A stretch of 64,000 nucleotides of DNA from Octopus vulgaris (GCA_951406725.2 OX597814.1:216256001-216320000), one strand, 5' to 3'. Counted from the first letter of the stretch, positions 25,826 through 40,614 are shown. Notes: generated by a model not told the origin, from the letters alone. Numbers and translations: made by a program.

Positions 25826-28800
25826 ACCCTGGCTGTAACACACGGAACATGTACCTCAGGATGAAAAATAGCAACTAAGATATTTTTAAGATTTCGACTT
25901 GCTCCTCCTTTCATTGTTTTTTGCGAGTATTATCACCATAAAATATTATTTTCTCCTTCTTACTGTTGATGTCTTTCGTCTCAAACGCTAGCTCAAGCAT
26001 TTCCTCACAACATATACCTTTCACTCATAGAAACTTATTCACACGACCACAAAGCATTTCGTCTCAAATCTTGTCTTTCACCCTCATCTATCGGTCATCA
26101 CGCTGTCTATTCAATTCCTACACCATTTGCCTATCTATCGGTCTTTTCTGTCACTTAAATTCCTACCCCATCGTTCCCAGTTCGCGGTGCCACCCGCTCT
26201 CCCTCCCCCTCAACCCGTACCGGAAGTCCTTCTCTCATCTCGTCTTCCTTTAAGGCCTTAAGCCAATACCACCCCTACTATATAAGGTAGTGACCATACG
26301 GTGCAAAACATGATAGTGTAGTTTAAGCAGGTTGAACTTAAGATCATTGCTTTGCTTATGAATTCTGCCAAATGCGAGCTTTCTTTTCAGGTACATGACG
26401 TCACTGCTTCCCGTCCCAGGGTCTCTAGGGCCCATACCTCCCACACCCTCAGGGTTGGCACTCTCAACGTTGGCACACTGAAAGGTAGGTCTGGTGAGAT
26501 TGTTGAGATGCTTGAACGGAGACGTGTTGATATATGTTACATCCAAGAAGTAAGGTGGAGAGGAGGTTCTGCTAGGTTCCTCACAGGCAAAGATCACAGG
26601 TACAAGATCTTCTGGGCAGGAAACACTGACGGGGTTGGAGGCGTGGGTATACTTCTTGCTGAAAAAAGGGTAGATAAGGTAATTGAGGTAATCAGAGTAT
26701 GTGACAGAATACTTAAGATTAAAATAGTGCTTCATCATGGATTAGGAACCATTATATCAGCCTATGCCCCTCAGCCGGGGCCACCCGATGGACAGAAAGA
26801 CCGATTCTATGACGCCTTACTGCAGATTACCTCTTTCACGAACGACAGAGACCTTCTCTTTGTGGCTGGTGATTTCAATGGACATGTTGGAAAACATACT
26901 GGGGGCTTCCATGGTATACATGGAGGCTATGGCTATGGTTCCTGCAACAAGGAGGGAACCAGGCTCCTGGAGTTCTTCAAAGCAAATGATCTCATGGTTT
27001 GCAACACTAACTTCAGGAAACCTACCAGCCACCTAGTCACCTACCGATCGAGTCGACATACCAGCCAAATTGACTACATCCTTGCCAGGAAAAGGGAAAG
27101 ATGGCTGCTTATAAATGCCAAAACCTTCCCAGGCGAAGAATGTACCCCACAACATAGACTGGTAGTTAGTGACTTTAGGATCAGGACTAAGAGGACGACC
27201 AGAAGATGACCAACATGGAGAAGAAGGATCTGGAAGCTTAAAGATCCTGCAAATGGACAGAGATTTAGGGACATATTACTTCAAGCATTTGACAAAGTAG
27301 AAGGGGATATAGCTTCACATGGGGTAGAAGACAACTCGAGGATTCTAAGGGACAACCTGCTGACAGCCACTGACCAGATCTGTGGCTGGTGCAAAGTCCC
27401 CTCTCAACCTAAAATAATGTGGTAGTGGAACAATGTTGTAGACAGGGCTATTAGAGAAAAGAGACAGGCTTGGAAGGACTGGAAAAATGGGGGTAGCAGG
27501 GAATTGTATCAGACTGCCAAAAGAGAAGCTAGGAGACAGGTTTATTTAGCCAGAGGGGAAGCAGATAACAAAAAATTTGCCAATGTTCTGCGCATCGAGG
27601 ACCTAAGACTTGAGATATTTCACGTTGCAAGACAGTGTGTGAGAGAGAATCATGATGTGGTAGGAGAGAAATGTGTTCGCATGGATGATGGTTCACTTGC
27701 GCTAAATGAGGATGCAAAGAGAGGTTGGGAGACGCCACTATGAAAGGTTGCTGAATAAAGAAAATGAATGGGAAAAAGAGAGTCTGCCGAATGTCGACCC
27801 AACAGAGGGACCGGCTATCTGAGTTGACAGTTCCTTGGGAGTTAAGGCAATTAGAAGCATGAAGACAGGGAAAGCCCCCGGCCCATCAGGAATCACTGCA
27901 GAGATGCTCAAAATATCTGGTAGTGTCAGCTATAGCCTAGCCACCCGTATAGTTAACCAGGTGATACACGAAGGAGTCATACCCAATGACTGGTGTAGCA
28001 GCATAATTGTCAACTGCTACAAAGGTAAAGGTGACGCCCTAGATATAAATAATTACAGAGGTATCAAGCTGTTAGGTCAGGTAATGAAGGTTACGGAGAG
28101 GGTCATAGCCCAACTAATTAGAGATGAGATGCAGTTTGGATTCATGCCAGTGAAAAGCACCACTGATGCCATATTCCTGGTAAGACAGCTGCAGGAGAAA
28201 TACCTAGCCAAAGATAAGCCCCTGTACCTGGCTTTTGTTGACATGGAGAAAGCCTTCGACAGGGTCCCCCGATCCCTTATTTGGTGGTCAATGAGGAAAC
28301 TAGGGATAGATGAATGGTTAGTGAGAGCTGTGCAAGCCATGTACAGAGACGCTGCTAGTAAGGTGAGGGTTGGCAACGAATACAGTGAAGCATTCCAGGT
28401 AGAGATAGGGGTCCACCAAGGTTCAGTCCTCAGCCCCCTCCTATTTATCGTAGTCCTCCAGGCAATAACGGAGGAATTCAAGACAGGATGCCCCTGGGAG
28501 CTCCTCTATGCAGATGACCTTGCTCTAATTGCTGAGTCACTATCAGAACTGGAGGAAAAATTTCAGGTGTGGAAGCAAGGATTAGAATCGAAGAGCTTTA
28601 GAGTCAACCTAGCTAAAACCAAAGTCCTAATAAGTAGGAAGGTAGACAAGTCACAAACGCCTTCAGGTAGATGGCCTTGCTCGATCTGTAGGAAAGGCGT
28701 AGGTAGAAACTCTATAAGATGCACCAAGTGTAAGCTATGGACACATAAGAGGTGCAGCAACGTCAAGGGAAGGCTAACTAGGAAGATAGTTTTTGTATGT

Positions 28801-30020
28801 GGCAGATGCTCAGGAGCAATAAACACTGAAAATCTGCAGAAAACAACTTCCGTCACTTTCCAGGGAGAAAAACTAGAAATAGTTGATAGCTTCCGTTACC
28901 TAGGTGACCAAGTCAGTAGCGGGGGCGGGTGTGTTGAAAGTGTAACTGCTAGAGTAAGAATAGCCTGGGCAAATTTCAGAGAGCTCTTACCTCTGCTAGG
29001 GACAAAAGGCCTCTCGCTCAGAGTAAAAGGCAGACTGTATGATGCATGTGTACGAACAGCCAGTGAGTGAAACATGGGCCGTGTCTGTTGAGGATATGCG
29101 TAAGCTCGCAAGAAATGAAGCCAGTATGCTCCGATAGATGTGTAATGTCAGAGTTCATACTCGACAGAGTATAAGTACCTTGAGAGAGATGTTGGACCTA
29201 AGAAGCATCAGTTGTGGTGCGCAAGAGAGACGTTTGTGCTGGTATGGCCATGTGGCGAGAAAGGATGAAGATAGTTGTGTGAAAAAGTGTCACACCCTAG
29301 CTGTTGAGGGAACCTGTGGAAGAGGCAGACCCAGGGAAACCTGGGATGAGGTGGTGAAGCACGACCTTCGAACTTTAGGTCTCACTGAGGAAATGACTAG
29401 AGACCAATACCTTTGGAAGTATGCTGTGCATGAGAAGACCCGGCAGGACAAGTGAGACCATAACCCGGCCTCAGTCCACTTATGCATAACTTTCCTTCTT
29501 GGGACACAATACTCTACTTGTGAAGACCTGTTGAGGCAAGTGAAAATCAAAATCAAAATCAAAGATCAAAATCGATCAACATGAATGGAAATTGTAGGTG
29601 TGATACCAGTGCCGGTGGCACATAAGAGAACCATCCAAACGTGGCCGTTACCAGCGCTGCCCCGACTGGCTTCGGTGCCACATAAAAAGCACCATCCAAT
29701 CATGGCCATTGCCAGCCTCGCCTGGCCTCCATGCCGGTGGCACATAAAGAGCACCATTCAATTGTGGCCGTTTGCCAGCCTCGTCTGGCCTCTGTGCCGG
29801 TGGTACGTAAAGTGCACAATCCGATCGTGGCCGTTTGCCAGCCTCGTCTGGCATGTAAAAGCACCCACTACACTCATGGAGTGGTTGGCGTTAGGAAGGG
29901 CATCCAGCCGTAGAAACAGACTGGGCCTGGTGCAGCCTTCTGGCTTCCCAGACCCCAGTTGCACCGTCCAACCCATGCCAGCATGGAAAGCGGACGCTAA
30001 ACGATGATGATGATGATGAT
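25826..30020 (+). mobile_element. Near full-length RTE-clade LINE (APE + RT) with several stops and frameshifts, in intron B1-C1
   Basis: APE motifs TLNVGTL, QEVRW, SAYAPQ, GDFNGHVG and SQIDY; RT ORF 27835-29070; 3' UTR with (GAT)n tail. The 5' UTR is shared with 56613-57190. Confidence 0.93.
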
Positions 30021-30855
30021 GTGAATACTGCGTATATGATGAAGGAAACACTGGCAAGTTACTTTTTTTTTTAAATCGTTAATAGGTTTAACGTGAAAGG
30101 TAATTTAGAGAAAGAGAAGGAGGAGAAAGAAAGAAATTAGCAGAAAACTAAGAGAAATATAGTGTGATAGGTGAATGGGAATAAAACTTAAAGGCATGGA
30201 AATAGATATATGTACTGGAAATGAAATGTAAGAAGACAGAGGTTGTATTTTATGGATTGGTAGTAATTACTTATAGGAACTAAAGGTATGTTTTTGCCAA
30301 TGTTTGCAATGCTAAATACGTTCTGTAGACATATTTACAAGAGAATTCTCCAAGAACAGAATGAGATATAGTTCTTCGTTACAGAGCGGAAGACAAAATT
30401 AGAGACAAATGACTGTGTGATAAACTTTCATAGATGAATGAATGAATATGTTGCAGTTAAGAAAATGTGTGAGCTAAGGTTATCTTAGGCAACAACATCA
30501 TTCAATTTCCATGATTATCATTATTATTATTATTATTATTATGTAACAGAACGAACAACAAAGAAAAGAAAATGTGTTCAACACGAGAGAGAGGGAGACA
30601 AACATATATCTTATTAAATACCATTGTATATTAATCGGGACTAAAGACCCTCCCCCTCGGTCATGAATGGCCATGGTATTGCACCTAGAAATTTGCCCCC
30701 TGTCTATTAAAGAATCTTCTTCTAAATGATGGAATTGTATTGTTTCTTGGCATTGCAGCTGATAAATTACTGAAATTATATCACAGGTTAATTATATATA
30801 TTTTGAGTAAGAACAATTGTTGGATTAAATATGTTGTATACTTTATTTATTACAG

Positions 30856-31035
30856 GTATTTGTGGTATACCCATAGAAGAAGGAACCAAATGTACAGTAA
30901 CAGCTATAAAGGAATATCTTGATACTCACTCAAATTCTAAAATAAAACATATTTGTTTGATTGATGTACGGAAGGAAGTAATCAGAGCTTTTAAGCTTCA
31001 TCTAGAAACGGTGTTTGGAATCAGTAAAAGCAGAG
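30856..31035 (+). CDS. PARP14-like: Exon C, copy 1: macrodomain C-terminus
   Basis: ttattacag|GT...AGAG|gtagga, 180 nt, phase 1-1. Completes ISTG-ICGIP...IKHICLID...AFKLHLETVF. Confidence 0.9.
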
Positions 31036-31207
31036 GTAGGACTTGTTATTTGCTTGATATTTTAGTGAAAACTTAAATGATTTATTTCAGTGGTTAATTA
31101 AGATTTTTCCTCCTTCAGTCAACTTTTATCTGATTCCTATTATTGGTTTATGGGCACAGCCATGGATTTGTGGTTAAAAAGCTTCATTTCGAACCATGTT
31201 GAATCCC

Positions 31208-34200
31208 TAAAGGTTCAACCCCTCCTCAAAGCGGTAGGGTGGTGTAAAAGAGCAGTGTCAGAGCTATGCCGTTGGGAACTTTGGTTCCTGGTTGATTGGT
31301 TTGGCACCAAGTGGTATTAGGGCTGCAGACTGGCAAACGGGACTCTGGTGAAAATTCCAAGAGGCGTCTGATTGGCAACTGGCGGCTTTGAGGTCGTTCG
31401 GTCCCTGCATCTGTGGAGACTCCACAGCAAACAACGCATCCCGTCTCTCAGGATATGCATGCAGGATATCGGGGACCACTTGTGAATTCAATATTCCCAT
31501 GAAACTTCTTCTATGAATCCTACTACTACCATGGCAATAAATACGAATACGAATTATCTACCTATGCAACCAATCAACAACCCTCAAACTGGTATGGCTC
31601 TTCAAACTACTCCTGGAGTAGTCCTGCTCTTTAAATGTAAGACAGAACTGAAGGTACCGTGCTGGAACATCAGAACCCTTCGCGACAACGGTGTCCAGTC
31701 GCTAACAATGAAGGCTTCGCACAAGTATTATGTGAATGTTGCTTGCCTTTCAGAGGTCCAACTCGCTGATGTTGGCCATCTTCCTATTAAGGTGCCGGGC
31801 GAGGATGTCAGTTATCACCTATGTCATAGTGGCGTGACCGACAACAGTGGTCTTCATAGGGTTGCTGTGGCGTTCAGCCCTGACGCGCAAGCGGCTCTGC
31901 TGGCATGGCAACCGATCTCACACTGACTTGCGCTGGTTCGATTGAGGTGTCAAATCGCCAATCTCGTGAGATTGCTGTCTACATGCCCACTCTCCATGCA
32001 GACGATGTAGACGAGGTGCAGTTCTATACTGATGTCCAGGCTGCCGTGGTTGGTGTCCCATCCAGTGATGTTCTCATTGTTGCTGGGGACTGGAATGCAC
32101 GAACAGGGCCGGCTGATGATACAATGTGACATATTCTGGGACGCCATGCTGCTGAGAATAGCCAATCAGATCGACTACATACTGGTTTAGGTCCGGCTCA
32201 GCTAGCTCAGTGGTGGACGCTCGTGCATATCGCGGGGATGATACGGGCAGCGAGCATGGGTCAGACCATACTCTTGTTTGGGCAACCCTTCGTGTGTGGA
32301 TGCAGGCAAAACCTCCTCCTAACCATAAGAAGAGAATTGACATCTTGCAACTCAAACTCAATGCTGGCAATGGTTTCCAGTTGGAGTTGTGGAGCGAATT
32401 CCAGTTGCTTGGTGACGTGGTGGAACAGCAGCTGGAGGAGGAGTGGCACACGTTCAAGGAGGTGAGGTGACAGTTGAGGTGGCCTGAAAACACCTCTGGC
32501 CTACTCGCCGCTGTCATAGGGACTGTATCTCCGGCGACACTCTTGAACTCATGGAGAGGGCTAGGGTGGCTCGGCATGAGGGGGCACCAAATCTGCGAGA
32601 TCTCCAACGTCAAGCCTCTCGGGCCATCTGGACCAATCGAAATGCAGACTGGCATGCATAACCAGGTTAGATGGAGAGAGCAGCCGCATGCGACCATGAA
32701 AGCTTTACAGACTAGAGAAGCAGACCAGCTGTAGCAATCTGGGTGTCAGTGAGACGATCCGTGATCGGAACAGTGTGGTCATTACCAACCTCAATGAATG
32801 GCTGCGCCACCTGCCTCCATCTACGACAACCGACGCGCAGCCGCCTGGAGAAGAGTACGGGTGCAACTCTGCCCCTTCAATCACTGAGGAGATGTGCGGT
32901 ATCCTGAAAAATCTCCAGAACAACAAGGCCCTTGGTGAGGACGGTGTCCCAGCCGAGATCTACTAGGCCAAGCCTGATGTCTTTGCAGCCTGGCTCCATC
33001 GTGTCTTCTGTGCTGTGTGGGTGATGGAGCGTTTTCCTGATGACTGGAGTGAGGCAACTCCTTTACCTTTCTTCAAAAAAGGTGATAGAAAGCTGCCTCC
33101 AACTATAGAGGCATCAGCTTGATTGATGTGGCTGCCAACATGTTTGCAATCCTTCTTCTGAAGAGGATCCAGGCCATCCGTAATGTCTGTACTCCTCCTT
33201 CTCAGGGTGGCTTCCATCGCAGGAGAGGGTGTGTTGATCAAATCTTCTGTCTCCGGCGAGTCCTGGGACAGTGGTGGGTGCACCAACAACCTACCGTTCT
33301 CTGGTTCATTGATTCTGCGGCTGCCTTCGACTCGGTGGATTGGGAAGCCCTCTGGCGTATTATGCAGGCGGATGTTATCTCTGTGAAGCTGCTAAATCTC
33401 ATACAGGGCTACTAACATTCAACGAGGGCTCGTGTGAGGGTCTATGGTGGGGTGACGGAGTCGTTTTATGTCACTACCAGTGTTCGACAGGGTTGTGCGC
33501 ACTCGCCATCGATTACATTCAATTACGCCATCGATTACATTCTCAACACTGTGCTTCGGGACTACCCAGGCATAGAGGCTGGGAGAGGAGTCGTGGTAAC
33601 GGACATGGCCTATGCAGATGACATTGCACTCTGGGGCACTAACCGGGCAGATGTCCAAGTTGCTCTCAAAAGGGTGCATGTATCAGCTGTTGGTCTTCGG
33701 ATCAATACTGGCAAAACCAAAGTGATGAGGTCTCTGGTCACAGCAGATGAATGGCAGCCAGTCGTTCTCAAGGGCATGGAGCTGGATGTGGATTCCTTCG
33801 TCTACCTGGGTTCAACGATGATTCCAACGGGCCAAATTCGAGCATCACATAGGAGCTGCCAGATCTGCATTCATGCACCTCCAGCGGTGCCTGTGGGACA
33901 GAAGAGAGATCTCCTTGGTGACCAAAGGGCGAATCTACCAGGCTGTTGTTCATACTGTCCTCCATTATGGTTGTGAAACATGGCCTATGAGGGCAGTCGA
34001 TCAGCAAAGGCTGGAGGTGCTCGACAGTGATTGTCTCCGTTGCATTCTTCACTACCGACACATTGATCGGTTTCCTACAGCCGGTCTTCGTCATCGCCTG
34101 ATTCTCCCACCCCTCCCTTCGGTGCATCTACAATGGCGATGAAGGTGATTCAGTCATGCGGCCCAGTCTCCAGAGAGTGAGCTGATTCACGATGTCTGCC

Positions 34201-34468
34201 TCCCACCACCACTACTCAGCTGGCACAAATGCATGGGCGGGCACGTGAAGACCTGGGCAACAACGTTAAAGGAGGACCTCTCTGAACTGTCAGGTACGCA
34301 GGTCAGGTGATTGGTCTGTGCAGATGGAACCATGAATGGCTCGCTATTTCCAGTGACCTCGCACAGGACTGTCAAGTATGGCCCGCCATGGTTCGTGATG
34401 CAGTTAGGACCAGAGAAGAAGCCGGCTCAACCCGCCCTGGGTGAATGCCGTCACAAGTACAAGTAAGT
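31208..34468 (+). mobile_element. GC-rich RTE-clade LINE of a second family, with 12-bp TSD; pseudogenised
   Basis: TSD atgttgaatccc at 31196-31207 and 34469-34480; (CAAGTA)n tail; motifs WNIRTL, AGDWNA, GSDH, KALGEDG, RQGC, MAYADD and YGCETW. The empty site in unit 2 is at ~54016-54030. Confidence 0.92.
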
Positions 34469-35029
34469 ATGTTGAATCCCAATGTAAGGCAACTCAAGCA
34501 AATATCTTCTAGTATGGCCCTGAGCCAACCAAAGCCGTGTCAACTGGTTTGGGAGATAGAAACTGATACAAGGGACCCTCATATATGTACTGTGTGTGTG
34601 TGTGTGTGTGTGTGTGTTTGTACTCTTGTCTTGACATCATGTGATGGCTGTAAACGAGCATCCCCAGCATACAAGTGAGGTTGTTTGTTTCCTGTCTTCT
34701 GTGGAAACCACGTCTGGCCAGGGGGAATATTACTTGCTTGGAAACAGGCGAGGGTCAGCATCAGGAAGAGCATCAAGCTATAGAAAGTCTGCCTGAATAA
34801 ACTAATCTGACCCATGCAAGCAGGGAACAATGGATGTGAAAACAAGGATGATGATGATGATGTTTAATTTATGGCTGTTAATAAAATATTCTTGTCTCAC
34901 TCTGTGATTCCCTAATACAGGATAATTATAATTATTTATTTGATACATTGTAAACATGACTATTGTTCATATTCTAATTAATATGAAGGTATAAAGTGTC
35001 CCCACACCCCACAAAAAAAACAGACCTTG

Positions 35030-35755
35030 GAGAGTTATCAAATAGTTGGATCAGGTGATGAAAGTCATGGAGAGGGTCATAGCCCAACTAATTAGGGAGA
35101 GAGTTAGTTTAGACAAGATGCAGTTTGGGTTTGTGCCAGAGAGTAGCACCACTGACGTTATATTTCTGGTAAGACAGCTGCGGGAAATAAACCTCTGTAC
35201 CTAGCCAAAGATAAACCTCTGTACTTGGCCTTCATTGACATAAAGAAAGCTTTTGACAGAGTCCCCCAATCCCTTATCTGGAATGGTGCACAAGAGGCAT
35301 CAGATGTGGTGTGCAAGAGAGAAGACTGCACTGTGGAGGGGACATGTGGAAGAGATAGACCCAAGATAAACAAGGGATGAGGTGGTGAAGCATGATCCTC
35401 GAACATTGAGCTTCATGGAGGCTATGACTAGTGACTAAGACCTTTGGCAATATTCTGTGCTTAAGAAGACCCATCAAGCCAAGTGAAATTGTAGTTGTGG
35501 CTGATGCCAGTGTTACACAAAAAGTACCTTACAAGACTCATCAAACCAAATGAAATCGTAGACGATGCTGGTGTCACATAAAAAGCACCCATTTCACTCT
35601 TGGAGTGGTTGGCATATGGAAAGGCATCCAGCTGTAGAAACTGTGTCAAATCTGACTGGAACCTGGTGCAGCTCTCCAGCCTATCACTTTCAGTCAAACC
35701 ATCCAACCCATGCCAGCATGGAAAGTGGATGTTAAATGACGATGATTATGATGAT
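35030..35755 (+). mobile_element. Internally deleted RTE fragment (unit 1 counterpart of 54555-56235)
   Basis: Shares the 5' truncation point and the local duplication aaacctctgtacctagccaaagataaa with unit 2; about 0.9 kb is missing at 35281. Confidence 0.85.
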
Positions 35756-35889
35756 TTACATTTTCTACTAATCATTCTTTAAAGAGAAATTTCTTGAAAT
35801 AAGTGTTTTATTTTCTTATGTCCAATAATGTCGAACCAAGAGTTATAGCATTGGCTGGCTCTAAAGTATTTACGAGAGGCCATTTAGCA

Positions 35890-36267
35890 CACAGGTCATG
35901 AGGACAGTTGATATCTTGAGTATTGAGGCAATGGTACACAAGCAGCAGGTTATGTTGGACTGGACACCTTATTAGAATGAAGGATTGCAGGATCCCTAAG
36001 CAGATGCTATATGAGGAACTTGTGAATGGAAAGAGACCTCGGTAGAAACCAAGGCTGCAATTTAAGGACTGTGTAAAGTCCTCATTAAAAACCTGTGATA
36101 AATAGGAGACTGACTGAGAGAGCAATGCCTGTTATCACCACAGATGGAGGAAGCAGGTTAAGGAGGGGGGTCAACACTTTTGAGAGAGCATGTATTCAGC
36201 ATGAAGAAATTAAGCATGCTGTTTAAAAGTGTACTGCTGGTGTAGTGAATGGGGACTCTTTGGTTTG

Positions 36268-36268
<1 letters not shown>
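35890..36268 (+). mobile_element. 3' end of the BovB-like RTE (unit 1 counterpart of 62057-62435)
   Basis: LCWTGHLIRMKDCRIPKQMLYEEL motif; near-identical to unit 2. Confidence 0.85.
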
Positions 36269-36315
<47 letters not shown>

Positions 36316-36689
36316 GTGTGTGTGTGTGTGTGTGCGTGTGTGTACTTGCATATATCATGGCCTCAGGCCAATGAAGCCTTGCGAGTGGATTTTGCACATG
36401 GAAACTGAAAGAAGACTGTCGTATAGATATGTATATTTGTGTGTATGTCTGTGTTTGTACCACCACCATTGCTTGAAAATTATGTTGCTGTGTTCAGGTC
36501 CCTGTAACTTAGCAGTTCGGCAAAAGACAGCAACAGAATAAGTACTATGCTTAGAAAGAATAAATCCTTGGGTCTGTTTGTTTGAATAAAGGTGGTGCTA
36601 CAGCATGGCCATTCACATGACTGAAACAAGTAAAACAGCAAAAACTATGCCATTTTAATCCCGAGCAATACCAAGTATCGCTGCTTGTA

Positions 36690-37640
36690 TGTTATAAAAA
36701 AACATTCCTTCAGCTTGTGACAGTGGATAGCCCTTGAGCTGGATTTTATTCTTGTCAAAATTCTTAGTCTTTGGGCAGAAACTAAATCCTAGCACCAAGA
36801 CAAGGACATCGTCTGGTGAAAGGTTTAGTTTAGATAAATTTATTCACTCGTATGATGGATTTTCTTGGGAGAGTGCTTTTCAGAGTTTCACTTTCATTAG
36901 ATCTGTGACTACTTTTTGGGTTTTGCTCAAATTCTTCACTTAAAATATGGAACCTATTCGGTGATAAAAATGGTTTAGAATGTTCATGTGAGGATCTCAT
37001 AACTTTTAGTCATCTTTCTAGGAGTAAACCATTTCTGGGTGGGTGATAGAAAATGAATGACTTCTGTGGTTTACGCAGGCAATTGAAAAGCCTTTCCTTT
37101 CGGGAAAGGAACAAATTTATTAAGAATATAAGATAAATATTAACCACTAGCTTTAACTCCAAGAATTCTTAACACTGGACTTTCTGAACATCATATCTTG
37201 AAAAACAGTCGCGAGAGAGTTAAGACCTGTTCATTGTGCAACAACATGAGTCAAGTGAATTCCATCAGGAATCATAACAGAAATGTTATGATTTATTCAG
37301 AAGGTGGGACATGTAGAGATCCAAATTTGGTGTACGTGGCAGAATGCATGAAACACAACTTAATTTATGTTGGTTGCACAACAGAACAATTAAACAAAAG
37401 ATTTAATGGGCACAGATATGATGTCAAGCATGATAAAAATTCAACAGAACTTGCTCAACATTTTGCATCAAATGGCTGCAATTTTCAAAAAAAAATTTGA
37501 AAGTGCATATTCTCAGAAAATATTCTGAATCTGCTACACTTTCAGTCCTCAAAATGCACAGGGACAGATATGTTTTGAGAATTATCAACATCTACACCAT
37601 GAAGGGATGAATAAAATGACAGAGGAATTTCATAATATTC
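36690..37640. mobile_element. Penelope-like fragments: N-terminal piece on the minus strand, GIY-YIG piece on the plus strand
   Basis: ORF 37198-37500 has CSLC...NLVYVAEC...IYVGCT...RFNGHRYD. The minus strand at ~36800 reads VLVLGFSFC. Confidence 0.7.
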
Positions 37641-38979
37641 ACACAAAACTGACTATATATTCTTCTCCTTTTTCTTTTTTCTCTTGTTGTTTTTCTTTCT
37701 TTTAGCCAGTTATACAATTGAAAATTGAAGACTGATGACATCATTTTGTCAAACTGGGAATGCAGGATCTCCTTGTTCCAACTTTTGAATTTGAATTTCT
37801 ACAATTTTTAAATTTCTATTCATCACGTTTTCATTAGAACTTGACAAAGAGAAGCAAACAGTTGAAATATTGATCAATCTAATAAAATCATCATCATTGT
37901 TTGACATCCATGTTCCATGCTAGAATGGTTGGGACGGTTTGACAGGAGCTGGCCAGGCACTTCTGTGTCTGTTTTGGCAGGATTTTTACAGCCTAATGCC
38001 CTTCCTAATATCAACCACTCAGCAGAGTGGACTTAGTGATTTGTACGTGGCACAAGCACAGGTGAGGTTAATTTTGGCAAGGTTTTTAAATCTGGGTGCC
38101 CTTCTGCACACCAACAACTTTACAGCATGGACTGGGTGCTTTTAAGCGGCACCTGCACTGACACGGACACTAGGTACTTGCAAGACAAAAAATACTTTCA
38201 AGAGGGGTGAGGGAATTGTAGGATATGATCTTGTGTCAGATGATGAAAGGTCAGAGAGAGAGAGAGAGAGCAAGAAAGAGAAATAGGGGTCTTGCTGTAA
38301 TGGAAGTACAAGGTTACTCCACCTGAGAAAGAGAGATTAGGGATGAGGAAAGAAACAGGCACATTACTGCAAAGGAAATACATGGTTACGCAACTTGAGA
38401 GAAATGAAGGAGAATGCGAGAGTGTGGGAGATAGCAGGATAGATATGGAGTAAAATGTCAGGGATACTCATAAGGAATGGGGATCAGAATATAGATGGGA
38501 TGGTTGAGTAAAGGAAGAGAGAGATACAGATAGTGGCAAGTGCCAGGGTATACCCTTGAGGTTCGACGCATTCTTCATTTTGTCTGATAATAATAATAAT
38601 AGTGTTGACCGGCCCAATGCTTGGGATGAAGGTGAATGAACTGCAAATCAGTACTTAATTCTGGAGCAATATTTTGATAAAGATACTGAACCAACTGATG
38701 CTCACGTGTCTCAAGAATCATGATCATGGTCCCCAATACACAGAGATACAAAGGGAACAGGCCCAACATATGTGTAATAATGTCTCTGCAGTCTTGGTTG
38801 ACAATCTTACTAGAGATGGTGTCTTGATAAAAAATACCAGTTGGTGGCTAATTTTAGAACACAAACCTCAATATTGAATGAAAATGCTTAATACAAGTGT
38901 ATCAAATAATGTGTCAATGAGTCTGGAACCAACAGTCCACTGATGTTGAGCAGTGTAGGATCAGTCATTACCCAGAGAC

Positions 38980-40460
38980 TGCTTGTGCACGAAATCAAAT
39001 TGAATGCTGGATCAGGAATGAACCCAACAGAAGGGGATTCTGACAATGAATGAGAGCCAAATGGAATGAGATAGGACTCTTCGAAACAAGTGAGCAATTG
39101 TTAGCCGACCAGGCAAGAGCAATTAGAGCAAAAAGGTGGTTAACGGACATGGAAATTGAAGAGATAAAAAGAAAAGTAGAAAGGAGAAATAATCCTTCAC
39201 CAACAGATAACGTGCCCAGTGAGAACAGAGAAATAAATAAGGGCAGTGAAGATGTAGAGCAAAGTGTAAATGTAAATGCATTCTCCACAAATTAAGCAGA
39301 AGTAATAGGAAGAGCTGTATCCCAATAATACGGTGATGCCCAACAAGACGTAGAGAGGATATATTTGAGAAGACCAGGATCAAGACCCTTCCCCCCATAA
39401 TCTGAGGTACATTGACCAATGCAAGATCAAGGTTGAAACCATAAAGATAGATTCAGTTCTTGGGCTGTTCCATACGAGAAATATCACTGAAACTCACAAG
39501 ATTATTTGGGGTGCAGCAACTGTTGCTGCAGATAGAATTGGATAGAAAAGGAAAGAACAAATAGAACGTAAAGAACCGTTCTGGTGTAGAGGAATTTGTA
39601 AGGAACAAAGACATTTAGGACAAGTTGATAGATTGAGAAGAGGGGAATTGCAGAATGAAAGTATAAGAATGATGCTGGAAAGGACAGATGGAATAAGAGA
39701 TAAATTGTATGATGAGATATTGGAAGAAATGAAACAAAGAGTTGGAGCAATCAAAGCAAAACAGGAAAGATATGTCAATAGAAGAAAATAATTCAAGCAG
39801 AACAGATTGTTAGAAGCATATTAGAAGTAACTGTTTCAGGAACTGGATGGGCAATTACACATAACAATGATACCAGAAGCAGAGGTAAGTAGGGCATTTT
39901 GGAGAGAGATCTGGTACCAATCTGCAGATGATAATAATGAAGCAGAGTGGCTGCATGAAATCCAAGATAGGTTAAGAAATATAGAAGGCAAAAAAGACAT
40001 AAAAATAACTACAGAAATGATAAAAAAAAGCAGTTAAGAAAATTCCCAAATTGGAAGAGCCCAGGACTGGATGGGGTCCCAGATTATTGGATGAAGAAGC
40101 TGAGAGGGATCCATCAAAGGAGAGTGCAACAGCTAGATGAGTGCTTGCAGGAAGGTGCAGTACCCAGATGGAAGACAAAGGGAAAGACATTGTTATGTGC
40201 CAAGGATCCTGGAAAGGGAAATGTTGCATCCAACTTTAGAACAATAACATGCTTTCTGCTCACATGGAAACTAATGTCAGGTAATTTGGCTGCTGAACTG
40301 TACAGATACTTGGGAAAAAGTAGGTTGCTACCCATTAAACAAAAAGGGTACAGTAAAAGGAGCCAGGATACGAAGGATCAGCTCTTGATTGCTAATCTAA
40401 TTATCAGGAAATGCAAGAGAAGACATACAAACTCAGCATGGCATGGGTCGACGATCGCAA
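38980..40460 (+). mobile_element. Decayed R4/Dong-like non-LTR fragment (unit 2 copy)
   Basis: Near-identical to 13960-15385; ORF 40091 contains NFRTITC...WKL...QKG...KDQLLI. Confidence 0.7.
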
Positions 40461-40614
40461 AGTATCCAGGCATAGAAAACCACTCCAAACCAGACTGGCA
40501 TTTGTTGCAGTCTCCCACATTACTAGCCCTGGTCAAACCGTCCAACCCATATCACCAGGGACAACAGATGCTAAATAATGATGTTTCTTATAATTTCAGT
40601 GATAATGGTGATGG

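Noticed and set aside
34900-34990. Terminal exon after C (tacag|GA TAA; caaag|GA TAA at ~54445)
   Set aside because: Weak polypyrimidine tract and an AAG acceptor in unit 2; cannot be supported without transcripts, though it would yield a protein ending after one macrodomain.
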